A model generated the notes under the pieces. That model worked only from the letters and a program-made list of their open reading frames with translations, had not been told where the DNA came from and made no database searches. Positions 34,421 to 48,010 of a stretch of 64,000 nt of DNA are shown here, piece by piece (within the stretch, counting starts at the first letter, position 1; every line of letters begins with the position of its first letter). Source of the DNA: Octopus sinensis. Lineage: Eukaryota. A program made the translations under genes and the position numbers. The stretch covers positions 13,578,001-13,642,000 of the forward strand of contig NC_043014.1 of the NCBI RefSeq assembly GCF_006345805.1, written 5' to 3'.

Positions 34421-34946
34421 TTTTAACCTTTTTTAAAAAAATTTTTAATCCTTTCCTTCAAACACTCATATGTCAAAATCAACAAGAGTGATCACCGCCG
34501 TCATCATCTCTTCTATAGTATAATCATGTAGTCTTTGGACTTTGTGCCTCAGTTCTAGCAATGATATGTGTTTATCCCTTTGTGTTTATTTTTACAAGTT
34601 CCTCTTGAAATTACAATATCAAATCAGACAAGTAGAATAAAAAAAAAGCTGGGATTCCCCTTCACCACCTGCCTTGTGAAAACCCATGCCAGCATGGAAA
34701 AACAGAAAAACAGACATTAAATGACGATGATGATATATACACACTAGGTGTATTCCAGAAACAAGTACAAAATTCTAATCTCCATCAGACAGTATCAGCA
34801 GGTGTAAAGCGGAAGCTGTTTCTGTCTTTGTTTAGTAAATTAAAGCACTGGGTCAGATCACTTCATTGGTTTTACCACTTTTCTAGCTATTCTTAATGAG
34901 TTATAAAGTTTTTTTTTTTTAATTTTTAGAGAGTAGAGCTAGTTAA

Positions 34947-35898
34947 CCCTTTAGCATTCAAATTATTTTTTCAAATTTAATGCTTGTTTATTCATTGGGA
35001 TCTTTTCGGTTTGAACAGCAGTTTTTAACATAATTTCTAGGTAACTAAAAAATTTTAAACTTCGTATACTGGTAGAATCTATTTATAAAACATCTTTTTC
35101 TCTTGGCTTTATTGAGAAAATTCTATACTTTGTAAGATATTTGTTGTTTTTTCTTCAATTTCTGCAGTTTCAACCAATCAATGACGTCCATTGAGGTAAA
35201 AAAAAAGCATTCTGTGCCGTATGAATATGTCCCTCGTTTAAGAAACAGATTGGGTTTATTTACATTTGTGAAGAAAAAAGATACCCTTCTCCCCACCCCT
35301 AACCCTAAAACAGATTGAAATGCAATAGATCGATACTAGGGTCATAATTATGGGTGACACTTTCATATGACACTGCTAGAAAAAACTGCCGTTGAAACCG
35401 AAAAGATCCATTCATTGTTTTGAATTAATTATGAATTACCTTGTAGCTAAGACATTTTCATAATGTGATTGCTTGGTTTTAGAAAGATATTTATGTGCTT
35501 AGTCATACACACACACACAATGGGTTTCTTTGAGTTGTTTCTTTTGCTTAAAGTGCAACATAGTGGGGCTGAACCCAAGACCACATGGTTATGGGTTAAG
35601 TTCTCGCTCATTGAATAATATTTTTTGTGTTCTCATTATTCAAATGATGGAATGTTGACTGCAGCAATGCTGGAACACTGCCTTAAACGATTTTTTAGTC
35701 AAAGAAATCAACCCCAGGACTTATTCTTTGTAAGCCTAGTACTTATTTTATTGTTTTTTTTTTGACCAAACTGCTAAATTATAGAGACATAAACACACCA
35801 ACATTGTAGGATAGGTGTGAAAGGCTGGATCTGGTCAGTTTTAACATAAAACTGGTTGAATATTTAGGCTGGATATAGTCGAGCTGAATGCTAAAAGG
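34947..35898. mobile_element. piggyBac-type MITE with nested insertions
   Basis: TTAA|CCCTTTAGCATTCA ... TGAATGCTAAAAGG|TTAA; related fragments at ~40066-40260 and ~61975-62170. Confidence 0.75.
34998..35409. mobile_element. Non-autonomous TIR element, 412 bp (Merlin-like by inference)
   Basis: 19-bp TIR GGATCTTTTCGGTTTGAAC with 1 mismatch; perfect 8-bp TSD ATTCATTG. Confidence 0.8.
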
Positions 35899-36584
35899 TT
35901 AAAATTTCCCTAACTACAGAGATGTCTGTCAAACATTTTGATAGTATACAATAGACATCTTGTTGTTGTTATTTTTCTTTATGATAACAGATTGTCATTA
36001 TAACATTCCATTATAACTTGAATAATGAAAACACAAAAAATATTATTCAGTGAGTGAGAACTTAACCCGTGATAACCATGTGGCCTTGGGTTGAAAGAAA
36101 CCCATTGTGTGTGTATGACTAAACTCATAAATACGGAAAGAGGTGGGGGAAAACTGTACTCAAATAGGCACAGGCATGGCTGTGTGGTAAGAAGCTTCCT
36201 TCTCAACCACATGATTTTAGGTTCAGCCTCACTGTGTGGTACTTTGGGCAAGGGTCTTCTACTATAGACGTAAACTGCAAGAAGCCCATCGTATATACAC
36301 AAAAATCACCACTCCTTATTCTTACAAACAGGCCTGCTACTGCCTGTTGTTCGCCATACACACACGTGTCATCATTGCACACACACGTGCACCCGCAGAC
36401 CTTCAAGCACGCACACACCCACACACATTCCTTGTCCTTACCATACTATCTTGAAAGTCTCCTGTCTCTAAAAAACTTGATTCGTCTACCTTTCAACTTC
36501 CGTTCTTTCAACATGTGACCTCGTGAGCACCGCCAGCAATTTTTTTCCTCTGTCTTCCCTTCTAGGGATCCTTCCTTCTCCTTT

Positions 36585-36619
36585 GTTTCTGACGAAGAGC
36601 TCCGCTTGAAACGTTAAAC
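36585..36619 (+). ncRNA. Minimal type I hammerhead motif
   Basis: GUUU-CUGACGA-A-GAGC-UCC-GCUU-GAA-ACGU-U-AAAC. Confidence 0.7.
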
Positions 36620-37380
36620 CCTCCTTCTTCCCTTCTTTCCTGAGCGTCCAATAATACTTTATTTGTTCCACGTCCTCGCGTTGCTGTGTTTTTTTGTGTT
36701 TTCTTGTTTGGATTAACTTTATATATATATATATGTGTGTGTGTGTTTGTGCCCCCACTATTGTTTAACAATCAATGTTGGTGTGTTTATGTCTGTATAA
36801 TTTAGCAGTTTGGCCAAAAAGACCAACAGACCACCATCTCTCTCTCTCTCTCCTACTCCTGCATTTCCCTCGGGTTGGGTAACCTTGTATCTCCTTTCCA
36901 ACAGCACCTGTTTCTGTCCTCAATCCTGATCTCTCTCTCCTGCTGGGTAACTTTGTACCTCCTCTGCAACAAGACACCTGTTTCTGTCTCTCTGTGTCAC
37001 TGTAACCTTTCATCATCTGACACAAGACCACCTCCTCCAATTCCATGACCCAGGCAGTGCAAGTGCTACTTAAAAAACATCCAGTCTCCACTGTAAAGTG
37101 GTTGGCATTTAGAAGGGCATCCAGCTGTAAAAACCTTGCCAAAACTGACCACTCTGTTGGGTAGTTGGTATTAGGAAGGGCATTCAGCTGTAAAAATCTT
37201 GTCAAACTGTCACACCCATGCCAGCATGGAAGGTGGATATTAAATGATGATGATGGTAACTAATTGTTGGGACATCAAAATTTCTATTTCCAATTATAGA
37301 TTTTATGTCATTTCCCAAATAACGTAAAATTTCTGTTTATTTTTTATTCTTTTGTTATCGATTGATATCGAAAGTTAAAT

Positions 37381-37860
37381 ACAGGGTGACCCATAAAAAA
37401 CAGAACCGCTAAAAATTTTAGTAAATCCTACAAAGGTCCAGCAAATTTCTTGAAATTTGCTGAACTTAAACGTCAGTCTGTGTACAATCATTCCCTTTGC
37501 ATAAAAGTCATGTTCTTTTCAAAATTGTCAATTACTTGAACATGTTCCTCTTTGGGGGCTGTGATTGCTGCCTTCAGTTCACCAATCGTTGAGGGTTGTT
37601 CTGGTAAACGTTATCCTTGAGATACCCCCACAGATAAAAATCTGGAGGGGGATTCAAGTCGGGTGAATGCGGTACCCACTCAATGTCACACTTCTTGCTG
37701 ATCAGTCTCTCCTGAAATTACTCTCTCAGCCAGGCTAGGGAGACATTTGATGTGTCGGGGGTGGCCCCATCTTGCTGGAACCACTCTTCATCTGGATCTA
37801 TCCCTCTGCATCATTTTATTCAAAAATCTGTGTGTTCTGTGTTTTTAGGGGTCGCCCTGT
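37381..37860 (-). mobile_element. Internally deleted mariner-like element, DD41D/rosa-like
   Basis: Imperfect TIRs cagggtgacccataaaaaacagaac / gttctgtgtttttaggggtcgccctg with TA flanks; WFQQDGATP...SPDLNPPPDFYLWGYLKDNVY (D-D spacing 42 in this copy). Confidence 0.8.
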
Positions 37861-37927
37861 ACTAAATTGGTTTTTCTTAGACTGTTATATTTCTTAACAT
37901 TCTTTTTGTATGTGTTCATCTCTTTTA

Positions 37928-38297
37928 GTCTTTTACTTGTTTCAGTCATTTGACTGTGGCCATGCTGGAGCACCGCCTTTAGTCAAGCAAATCGACCCCA
38001 AGACTTATTCTTTGTAAACCTAGTACTTATTCTATTGGTCTCTTTTGCCGAACTGCTAAGTTACGGGGATGTAAACACACCAGTATTGGTTGTCAAGCGA
38101 TGTTGGGGGGACAAACACAGACAAACATACACATATATTCGACGGGCTTCTTTCAGTTTCCGTCTACCAAATCCACTTACAAGGCTTTGGTTGGCCCAAG
38201 GCTACAGTAGAAGACACTTGCCCAAGGTGCCACACAATGGGACTGAACCCAGAACCATGTGGTTCGTAAGCAAGCTACTTACCACACAGCCACACCT
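37928..38297 (-). mobile_element. SINE family A
   Basis: Full match. Confidence 0.9.
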
Positions 38298-38830
38298 ATC
38301 TATTAGAGATATTTTCTTAGTCACTTTGAATTTAACCCATTTGGGATTGCCTTAAAAACGCAGTACTCAGTAACCTTGATGGGAAATTATATTCAGGTTA
38401 CACTGTGGCACATAGTCAATGAAGGAATTTCTATGTGAGTCATTCTGCCAGCTAAAAATTGCTGTAAAATCTCCTTCAACTCATATTTTATCATGTTAAG
38501 AAAAATGGGTACATTTAGATGTCATCGTAGGAACAATGCCACACGAGTCTAATAATCAACAAGATATGTAACCCTTCTCTTGTAGAGCCTAGTGCAATTC
38601 AGTAGTAGAAAGAAGTGGGGAAGAAAGGCTTTAGGTTTCACTTGGAGTTTATCAACAATAACAGATACTGCCATATATTTTTAAATGCTTTGTTGTATCA
38701 TCATTTCATCTGGTTAGAATAGAAATAAATGTCAGAGTAAATTTATGGCAGAGTTTTCACAAGTCAGACCAATGCAACCAAAGATTGAGATGATAGTTCT
38801 GATTACTTTTGATATTAGAATTCTCTTTAA

Positions 38831-40029
38831 CCCCTTAATGGTTCAATTATTTTGACATGGTGTTTCATTTCAGAGCATATTTTTTTTATTCCTTTTTTTA
38901 GTTATATACACTATGTTAATTACAAAAAAGTTTTTTTTATCTTGTTTTCTTTATTTTTTATTATAGAAATTAAAATGTACTTTTACTCATTTGGATTTAA
39001 ACGAGTTAACTCAGACATTGAAAAAATACATATAATTTAACTATCTTCGATTTTTTATAAGATGTAAAAGCACCGTCCGTTCGTGGCCGTTTGCCAGCTC
39101 TGTCTGGCCCCGTGTCGGTGGCACGTAAAAGCACCATCTGTTCGTGTCCGTTGCCAGCATTGCCTGGCCCCATGCCGGTGACACGTAAAAGCACCATCCG
39201 TTCGTGGCCGTTTGCCAGCTCTGTCTGGCACCTGTGCAGGTGGCACGTAAAAAACACCCACTACACTCTCGGAGTGGTTGGCGTTAGGAAGGGCATCCAG
39301 CCGTAGAAACACTGCCAGATCTGACTGGGCCTGACGAAGCCTTCCAGCTTCACAGACCCCAGTTGACCCGTCCAACCCATGCTAGCATGGAAAGCGGACG
39401 CTAAATGATGATGATGATGATGTATTGCTTTTAAATCAAAGGAACATTTTTTTTAAATGAGATAGACAGTTTATTTGGAATGATAATTTTTAAAACAGAG
39501 TTACACACAAAGTTACCTTGCAGATATCACACATGTATCTGCTTTCTCTTCGAATCTTCTTTCCTTTAGCTTCTCTCTTCTCTGCGCATTTTGCACACTG
39601 TCTTGTTCTATTTCTTATCACTTATTGGTATTTCCATGGGAAAGTGACCAGCTGGGGCAAATCTTGTTGGATGTGGGGTCGATGATGGTCTTCCTGGTTA
39701 CGTAGGAGACCATAAGGGCCTATATTTTTCAATAATCTTGGTGATTATTTGCATTCTAAATTTCAGTGGTTTTATAGCAGAAACAAGTTTCCAAAGATGC
39801 TTCATATAAAACATAAGCATTCCAGATAGTCAAATCCATCAAATGAAAAAATTCTTATTTTTTTTAAACAACATGAGTAAATTCGTGATTGCTCAAAAAT
39901 GAAACGACACAAAACAAATAAACTCGTTTGAGTGCTAAAATTAAGTTAATTTTGACCAAGTATACTTGTCTGGTTCTAAAAGGATACATTTGTGATGCAT
40001 GTGTAAACTTGAGATAATCCATTAACGGG
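38831..40029 (-). mobile_element. Internally deleted piggyBac element
   Basis: TTAA|CCCCTTAATGG ... CCATTAACGGG|TTAA; C-terminal Cys-rich domain RQCAKC...RRESRYMCDICKVTLC at ~39620-39490. Confidence 0.85.
39060..39422 (+). mobile_element. RTE 3' UTR fragment inserted in a piggyBac remnant
   Basis: Three UTR repeat units, the terminal signature and a (GAT)n tail. Confidence 0.9.
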
Positions 40030-40539
40030 TTAAGCAAGACAGCTGTCATTGTATAAAAGCATTTCACCCTTTAGCATTTAAACTAGACATGTTCAACCTG
40101 TTTTATGTTTAAACTGGTCAGATCTCGTCCCTCACACCTACCTTTCAATGTCATTCTAAAAAAACTATCTCATCATCAAAATCTCAAAGCTATGAGATAA
40201 TGCATGATTAACTCAAAACAATGTGAATAAATAAGCAGTAGATTTAAGAGAATAATCTGAATAAGATAGGATTAAATATGTCATAGTATAAGAGGATATT
40301 TAAATATTGTAGTTTTACATTCTGAGATGTGGTTAGAGTGTCAGGCTCACAATTACGAGGTAGTAAAGTTGGATTGCCAGACCAAGCTGTGTAGTATTCT
40401 TGAGCAAGGCATTTTATTTCATGTGAAACGATTTATTATTTTTATAAGAAACAGTTTATAAGAAAAGGGTTTTAAAAAAAAAAAAATTATTTAGCAGGCT
40501 CTATATAGTTACCATTGTTTTGAATACACATTGCAATAT

Positions 40540-40768
40540 GTTTACCCCACTCATTGTGAACTCTTAATAGCACATCTGGTGATACGTAGGCAAAGGAGTT
40601 GGTGATGTGTTCCTTCAAATGATTTGTCTTTTATCTTTCCGTGATACACCATGCCTTTCAAATGCCCCCAAAGATAGAAATCAAGAGGGGGTCAGATCAG
40701 GGGATCTCGGGTTTCTTATAAAAAAGTAAATTTTTCCTATGTATGGAGACTTTTGAATCACCCTGTAG
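40540..40768 (-). mobile_element. Mariner-like (DD37D/DD41D-type) remnant
   Basis: PRSPDLTPLDFYLLGHLKGMVY-like residues with a frameshift; TIR-like tacagggtgattcaaaagtc at the right end. Confidence 0.7.
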
Positions 40769-42356
40769 TATGTTCATATGTAAGAGCAACAAGGACCATC
40801 TAATTATCGTTAAGGATGACTGATGACTCATGTAATTAAGAGGAGTTGCACACCATCAACCTCACTCTCATCTGCAACCATCTCCAGTCCAGTGACAAGA
40901 CAAGAGATGGTGATGGTTGTAGTGGATGACCAATATGTTTTGCTTGCCCTGTGTTGTTCCTTAATAATGCAGTACTCAGTAACCTTGGGGGAAAATTATA
41001 TGGACAAATGATGTGTATACACCTAGATCCTGTCTTCTCCATGGAACCATAAAATTTTCTGCTGTCAAGTCCGCTGGAGCTAGTCACACTGAGTGATATT
41101 AAATTAAAGAAAAGAAGGGTGACTGATGGCTTAAAGTGGTGATTTTATTTAAAGTGAAGTAGAATTATGCTCCACCAGCATCACTCTCTTATCCACAACC
41201 ATCTTCAATCCAGTGGCAAGACCAAGTCAACACAAGTGGGGATAGAGATGGATGCTGTGGATGACCAAGATGTCTCAACTTGTCTCATCTTACTCTCTGC
41301 ATCCCATACTGCGTTGCTGCAGCCATCTTCCCCTTCATTGAACTACAAAGCTTTCTTTCGCAGAGTCTGCCAGATCCACCCTACACATACACAGATAGGT
41401 AAGACAAGCCCCAATATTCTAATTAACCCATAAGTGTCATTGAGAAGTGCTATTACTCCAGGACAGAATAGACCTGGGATCAGTAGTGGCTAAGAGATGG
41501 TTCCACACTCCTCATACCCTGGAACTCCTGAACAAGGACCCCACTACTGTTTTATTTTTTCTGTAAATGGAGAAGAGGCAAAAAAAACAAAAACATTGAA
41601 TACTTTTACAAAGAGCCTCATCAGTATAGGCCAGGATTGATCCTTTGTTAAAGAGGTTTGTGTGTTGCTGCGTCCATGTCTCTACCCACAAGACCATTGA
41701 GACAACAGCAATAGCTAATTTGAAAAGGATACATTTAAATCTATCAGACTAATGTAATCAATAGCCAATCATTAGAATAGATTTAAATATCTCATATTTT
41801 GTGTAAGTAGTATTACTGGCCTTGTGGATAAGGGTGTTTGATGACAGACAAGACAGTGGGGTAGGTGAAGGTTTCAGTCTCAGGTAGGGATTGTGATATG
41901 ATCTCATTTAGTTTTATCTTTCTCTGTAGATGTGTTAAAAAAGGAGAAGAAGAAAAAAAACACAATCAGTATAGGCCATGGACTAAGATTGATCCTTTGT
42001 CAAAGGGGTATATGTGTTGCTGTGTGTCTTTACCCACAGGACCATTGAGACAACAGCAAGAGCTAGTTTGAAAATGATATATTTAAATCTTATATAGCTA
42101 TTTGATGTGGTGGTGTTCATGGTTTTCTGTGACTTTAGTAATATTTGAGGGGAGAATGTGAAATGCTCCAGAACACAGCATGCTACGTGATTCAGGAATT
42201 GATCTCACAGCTTAATGATTATAAGCTGAACACCCTAACCACAAGGCCATGCACTTTCATGGCAAAGTCACTAGAGTGATGGGTTGATTTCCATTTATAT
42301 CCTGGGTTCAAGTCCAGCTTAGCCTTTCATTCTTCTGGGGTCAATAAAATTAAGTA

Positions 42357-43327
42357 TGGGCCGTGACTGCTGAGGACATGCATAAGCTCGCAAGGAATGA
42401 ATCCAGTATGATCCGATGGATGTGTAATGTCAGTATGCATATTCGACAGAGTGTAAGTACCTTGAGAGAAAAGTTGGACCTAAGAAGCGTCAGATGTAGT
42501 GTGAAAGAGAGACGACTGCACTGGTATGGTCATGTGGTGAGAATGGATGAGATTAGCTGTGTGAAAAAGTGCCACACCCTAGCGGTTGAGGGAACATGTG
42601 TAAGAGGTAGAACCAGGAAGACATGGGATGAAGTGGTGACACATGACTTTTGAATATTGGGCCTCACCAAGACTATGACTAGTGACTGAGACTTTTGGAA
42701 ATATGCTGTGCTTGAGAAGACGTGGCAAGCCAAATGAGACAATAACCTCGTGGCCTATGCCAAGGGTGTAACCAGCCCACTTATGCGTACCTTTCCTTCA
42801 TTGGACACTAAACTCTGCTTGCAAAACCTGTTGAGGCAAGTGAAATTGAAAGTGAAATCAAATTCGATGACTGGCATCCATGCTAGTGGAGCGCGAAGGG
42901 CACCATCCAAGCGTAATTGTTGCCAGAGCGGCTAACTGGCTTCCATGCTAGTGGCACGTAAAATTTGAGCGTGATCATTACCAGTGTCACCTTACTAGCA
43001 CTTGTGCTGGTGGCACGTGAAAAAAAAATTCAAGCGAGGTCATTGCCAGTGTCACTGGACTGGCTCTTGTGCGGGTAGCACATAAAAAACACCATTTGAG
43101 TGTGACCATTGCCAGTACCACCTAACTGGCCCTCATGTCAGTGACATGTAAAGGTACCCACTACACTCTCGGAGTGGTTGGCGTTAGGAAGGGCATCCAG
43201 CTGTAGAAACTCTGCCAGATCAAGATTGGAGCCTGATGCAGCCATCTGGTTCGCCAGTCCTCAATCAAATCGTCCAACCCATGCTAGCATGGAAAGCAGA
43301 AGTTAAACGATGATGATAATGATGATG
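42357..43327 (+). mobile_element. RTE 3' fragment (ORF C-terminus + UTR)
   Basis: TAEDMHKLARNESSMIRWMC...GRTRKTWDEVV, then UTR and tail. Confidence 0.9.
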
Positions 43328-43689
43328 CTCCAGTTCACTCAGCTGTAGAAATGAGTTGCAAAGTCACTGGTACCAAGCTGTACTGGCCTTTGCCTTTCCT
43401 TTGGATAACATTGGCAGCACAGAGTGGGGAGGCTGGTATGAATGGGTGACTATTGGTCTTCCATAAAAAACAACCTTGCTTGGACTTATGTCTCAGAGGG
43501 TGACTTTTTAGGTGCAGTTCCATGGTCATTCATGACCAAAGGAGATCTCTTTTTACTTTGTTCTGAAATCAAATCTCACTGAAGTGATCTTTGTTTTCTA
43601 TCTTTCTGGCATTGATAAAAATAAATATCAGTTGACAACTGGTATTAATTGAATCAGTCTCACTAGTCCCCTAAATTTCAGGCCTTGTG

Positions 43690-44025
43690 TCTATTAAAAA
43701 ACAGTGTGATACCAGTGCCGGTGGCACATAAGAGAACCATCCGAATGTGGCTGTTGCCAGCACCACCCCGCCTGGCCTCCCACGTAAAAAGCACCATCCA
43801 ATCGTGGCCGTTTGCCAGCTCTGTCTGGCACCTGTGCAGGTGGCACGTAAAAAGCCCCCACTACACTCACGGAGTGGTTGGCGTTAGGAAGGGCATCCAG
43901 CTGTAGAAACACTGCCAGATCAGACTGGGCCTGGCGTAGCCTACTGGCTTCCCAGACCCCAGTTGAACTGTCCAACCCATGCTAGCATGGAAAACGGACG
44001 TTAAACGATGATGATGATGATGATT
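43690..44025 (+). mobile_element. RTE 3' UTR fragment
   Basis: UTR signature and (GAT)n tail. Confidence 0.85.
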
Positions 44026-45076
44026 ATATAGAATGTTATGCCCTCAGGGTACCAAATCACCTCCATCTTTCCTGGTATTCCCATATACTATTATATAATG
44101 CACAATAGCCATGTATCTCCCCTACAGCGAGACACCTGTTCCTTGCCCCTCGATCATACAGCAGCTTCTCAATACCTGGCATAAAGCCATTCCCACTCTC
44201 TACTACACACTCACATTTTTTTTTCTGGCAAGTTACTTGGCAACCTTAGGAGTGCCGGTGCTATAAAGAAAGCAGCCAATACACTTTGTAAAGTTGTTGG
44301 TATTAGGAAGAGCATCCAACTGAAGAAACATTGCCAAACAAGGCATTAGAACTTGACCAGTCCTCTGGCTCATCAGATCATGCTGGACAGCCCCCCCCCC
44401 ATACTAGCACGGAAGACGGACATTATATAATGATGTTGATAGTGATGATGGTAAACTCTTAGTGAGTTGAACTTTGCTTTCGTGTGTTCAGTTCAATAAG
44501 TTACATCCCCACCTTCACCTCACTTTACAAAAATTGTATCTGTGCCTCAATAAAATCAATATTGTATTTTCCTATCAGAGCCGTTATTCCCAAAGTCCCT
44601 TACAAATTCAATCAATTTATTACATATCTATAAACATACACTGTCTTGCAGTGAAAATTGTTTTATTTAAGGACCTTAATTAATTAGAAAATGTGATGAG
44701 TACATGCATGTTTCCCCTCTCAGATTCACACACTTATTGCAGTGGTCCTTCAGTTTTTCTAAGCCCTGTAAAAGAACTCGGAAGGCTGGGTCTCCAATGA
44801 GGCCTCTTGTAATACACTTAAAGCCAAGAACTTTTTGGTACCCCTTCATATTGTTGCAATGTTATTATTAGTCCAAACATGCTTGATGCATGTTCGAACT
44901 GGGGAACAAGCTATTTTCTGTGTTTTATTAAGGAGAATATATCTCGCTTGTTGACAAATGGTATGTATACACCTAGATCAGCTTGCAGTGCCAGCTACCT
45001 GGACTGTGAGATGCTAGCATTTTGGAGCAGTTATCTCATTGGTCACAGACACTAACCAGACAACACTCCAAGTTAA

Positions 45077-45297
45077 CCCTTTCGTTACCAACCCGGCCAA
45101 AACCGGCTCTGGCTCTGTAGTACAAATGTCTTGTTTTCATGAGCTTTGAATTAAAATCTTCCACCAAACCTTAGTCACAATTTATGTTCCTAACACTAGC
45201 TTAACGATAACCAAGTTATTTTACTGAATTCTTTGTTATATTTAAAATAATTGAAGGAAACACACAGCATCTCAAAATAAATACAGTAACGAAAGGG
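45077..45297. mobile_element. piggyBac-type MITE, 221 bp
   Basis: TTAA TSDs; perfect 12-bp TIR CCCTTTCGTTAC. Confidence 0.9.
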
Positions 45298-45527
45298 TTA
45301 AGACATTACTTCTCTTGTGTTTTTCCAGTCATCGTACAATGACTGCCAGTGCTATAGGTGGCTCACCATAAGTAAATTACGAGGTGGGGGGGCGCTAAGC
45401 AATGATAAGTGAAATATGCTTGATGCACATTCGAACATATTGTACATGTTTCTGAGTGTAATTTATAATTAACCTTTGCTTTCCACCCCCATACACACAC
45501 ATCATACATACACCAAAGCTACTCTGC

Positions 45528-45902
45528 ATACTTACTTGTTTCAGTCATTTGACTGTGGTCATGCTGGAGCACCGCCTTTAGTCGAGCAAATCGACCCCAG
45601 GACTTTGTTCTTTGTAAGCCCAGTACTTATTCTATTGGTCTCTTTTGCCGAACCGCTAAGTTATGGGGATGTAAACACACCAGCATCGGTTGTCAAGCGA
45701 TGTTGGCGGGGACAAATACAGACACACAAACATATACATATATACGACAGGCTTCTTTCAGTTTCCGTCTACCAAATCCAATCACAAGGCTTTGGTCGGT
45801 CCGAGGCTATAGTAGAAGACACTTGTCCAAGGTGCCATGCAGTAGGACTGAACTCAGAACCATGTGGTTTGTAAGCAAGGTACTTACCACACAGCCACTC
45901 CT
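45528..45902 (-). mobile_element. SINE family A
   Basis: Full match. Confidence 0.9.
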
Positions 45903-46559
45903 ACAAATGGCTTATGTACTTAAATCATTTAGTATATGAATCTGCTATTTTCAGGCCTATAGAGAAAACTAAGTCTAAATACTAATTCAAAACACTAATT
46001 CAGTGCTGCAATTTCAAACAGCCATTCAGTGTTAGATAATAGGCTGGATAATATTTGCAGACATAAATAATTAATGTTATTAACCAAAAATTTTGCTTAA
46101 TGACTATTTAATTTCCTACTTGCATAGCAGATATTGTTTACATACTGTTGTTAATTGTACAATTAACCTCAATGGTGTTAATTCTGTCCTTAACAGTTAA
46201 CAGGTACAGGGGAAGATTTCCAGCATCTAGTGCTAAATTCAAATCATCTCGAAGAAGGATGGTGTCTACCAAACTAACTTTCCACAGATAAACTGCCAAC
46301 AAAAGGGCCTCTATCTAGCCATTTGTCTTGCTAGAAATAGTTATCAAATCTCACTTAAATCAGACCCTACCGTTAAAAAAAAAAATTTAAGAACACTTTT
46401 TGATAATGTTCTGAAGGTCTGGAAATTAAGATGTGATGGCCTTGACTTGAACATTTTGAAGATTGTGGGTTCAAGTCTCATCAGGGTCAATAGTCAAAGA
46501 TATAATTTTCCTCACTTATGATATATATCTTACCCTATTCTACTCAGAGCTTTATTTTA

Positions 46560-46960
46560 GGTGCAGGAGTGGCTGTGTGGTAAGTAGCTTGCTTACCAAC
46601 CAGATGGTTCCAGGTTCAGTCCCACTGTGTGGCACCTTGGGCAAGTGTCTTCTACTATAGCCTTGGGCCGACCAAAGCCTTGTGAGTGGATTTGGTAGAC
46701 AGAAACTGAAAGAAGCCTGTTGTATCTATGTGTATATATATGTGTGTGTGTGTGTATGTTTGTGTGTCTGTGTTTGTCCCCCCAACATTGCTTTACAACC
46801 GATGCTGGTGTATTTACGTCCCCGTAACTTAGCAGTTTGGCATAAGAGACCAATAGAATAAGTACTAGGCTTACAAAGAATAAGTCCTGGGGTTGATTTG
46901 CTCAACTAAAGGCGGTGCTCCAACATGGCCGCAGTCAAATGACTGAAACAAGTAAAAGAA
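46560..46960 (+). mobile_element. SINE family A
   Basis: Full match. Confidence 0.9.
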
Positions 46961-47041
46961 AAGAAAGAAAGAAAGAATATTCAAGCTAATTATGACTCAT
47001 TCCATATACTAATTACAATCATAATAATAATCATTCAAATG

Positions 47042-48010
47042 ACACTTGTGAAGACCTGTTGAGGCAAGTGATAATAATAATAATAATAATAATAATCAAA
47101 TCAAATCAAAACAAATCAAAATAGATGAACATCAATGGAATTTGTATCTTTGTGGTACCAATGCCGGTGGCACACAAGAAAACCATCCGAACGTGGCGGT
47201 AGCCAGTACCACATCGACTGGCCTCCGTGCTGTGGGCACGTAACAAACACCATCCGATCGTGGCCGTTCGCCAGCCTCATCTGGCACCTGTGTTGGTGGC
47301 ACATAAAAACACCATCCAAAGACCCGGCAAGACTAGTCAGGCCATAACCCGTGGCCCCTACCTGGGACGTAGTCAGTCCACCTGTGCATACCTTCCTTCT
47401 TATGACACTTGTGAAGACCTGTTGAGGCAAGTATGTGACACTTGTGAAGACCTGTTGAGGCAAGTGTGTGACAGTTGTGAAGACCTGTTGAGGCAAGTGA
47501 AAATCAAACCAAATCAAAATAGATGAACATCAATGGAATTTGTATCTTTGTGGTACCAATGCCGGTGGCACACAAGAAAACCATCCGAACGTGGCCGTAG
47601 CCAGTACCGCATCGACTGGCCTCTGTGCTGTGGGCACGTAACAAACACCATCCGATCGTGGCCGTTCGCCAGCCTCATCTGGCACTTGTGTCGGTGGCAC
47701 ATAAAAACGCCATCCGAGCATGGCCGTCTGCCAGCCTCGTCTGGCACCTGTGTCGGTGGCACATAAAAAAAAACACCATCCGAGCGTGGCCGTTCGCCAG
47801 CCTCGTCTGGCACCTGTGTCGGTGGCACATAAAATCACCCACTACACTCTCGGAGTGGTTGGCGTTAGGAAGGGCATCCAGGTGTAGAAACACTGCCAGA
47901 TCTGACTGGCCTGGTGCAGCCTTCGGGCTCCCCAGACTCCAGTTGAACCGTCCAACCCATGCTAGCATGGAAAGCGGACGTTAAATGAGGATGATGATGA
48001 TGATGATGAT
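47042..48010 (+). mobile_element. Tandem, partially duplicated RTE 3' UTR
   Basis: 47100-47310 is repeated at ~47500-47700; the motif gacacttgtgaagacctgttgaggcaagt occurs four times; tail at ~47985-48010. Confidence 0.85.

Noticed and set aside
46455-46490. CUGAUGA followed by a 9-bp stem on the - strand
   Set aside because: No GAAA after the stem and no helix III/I; looks like a B-box-containing fragment.
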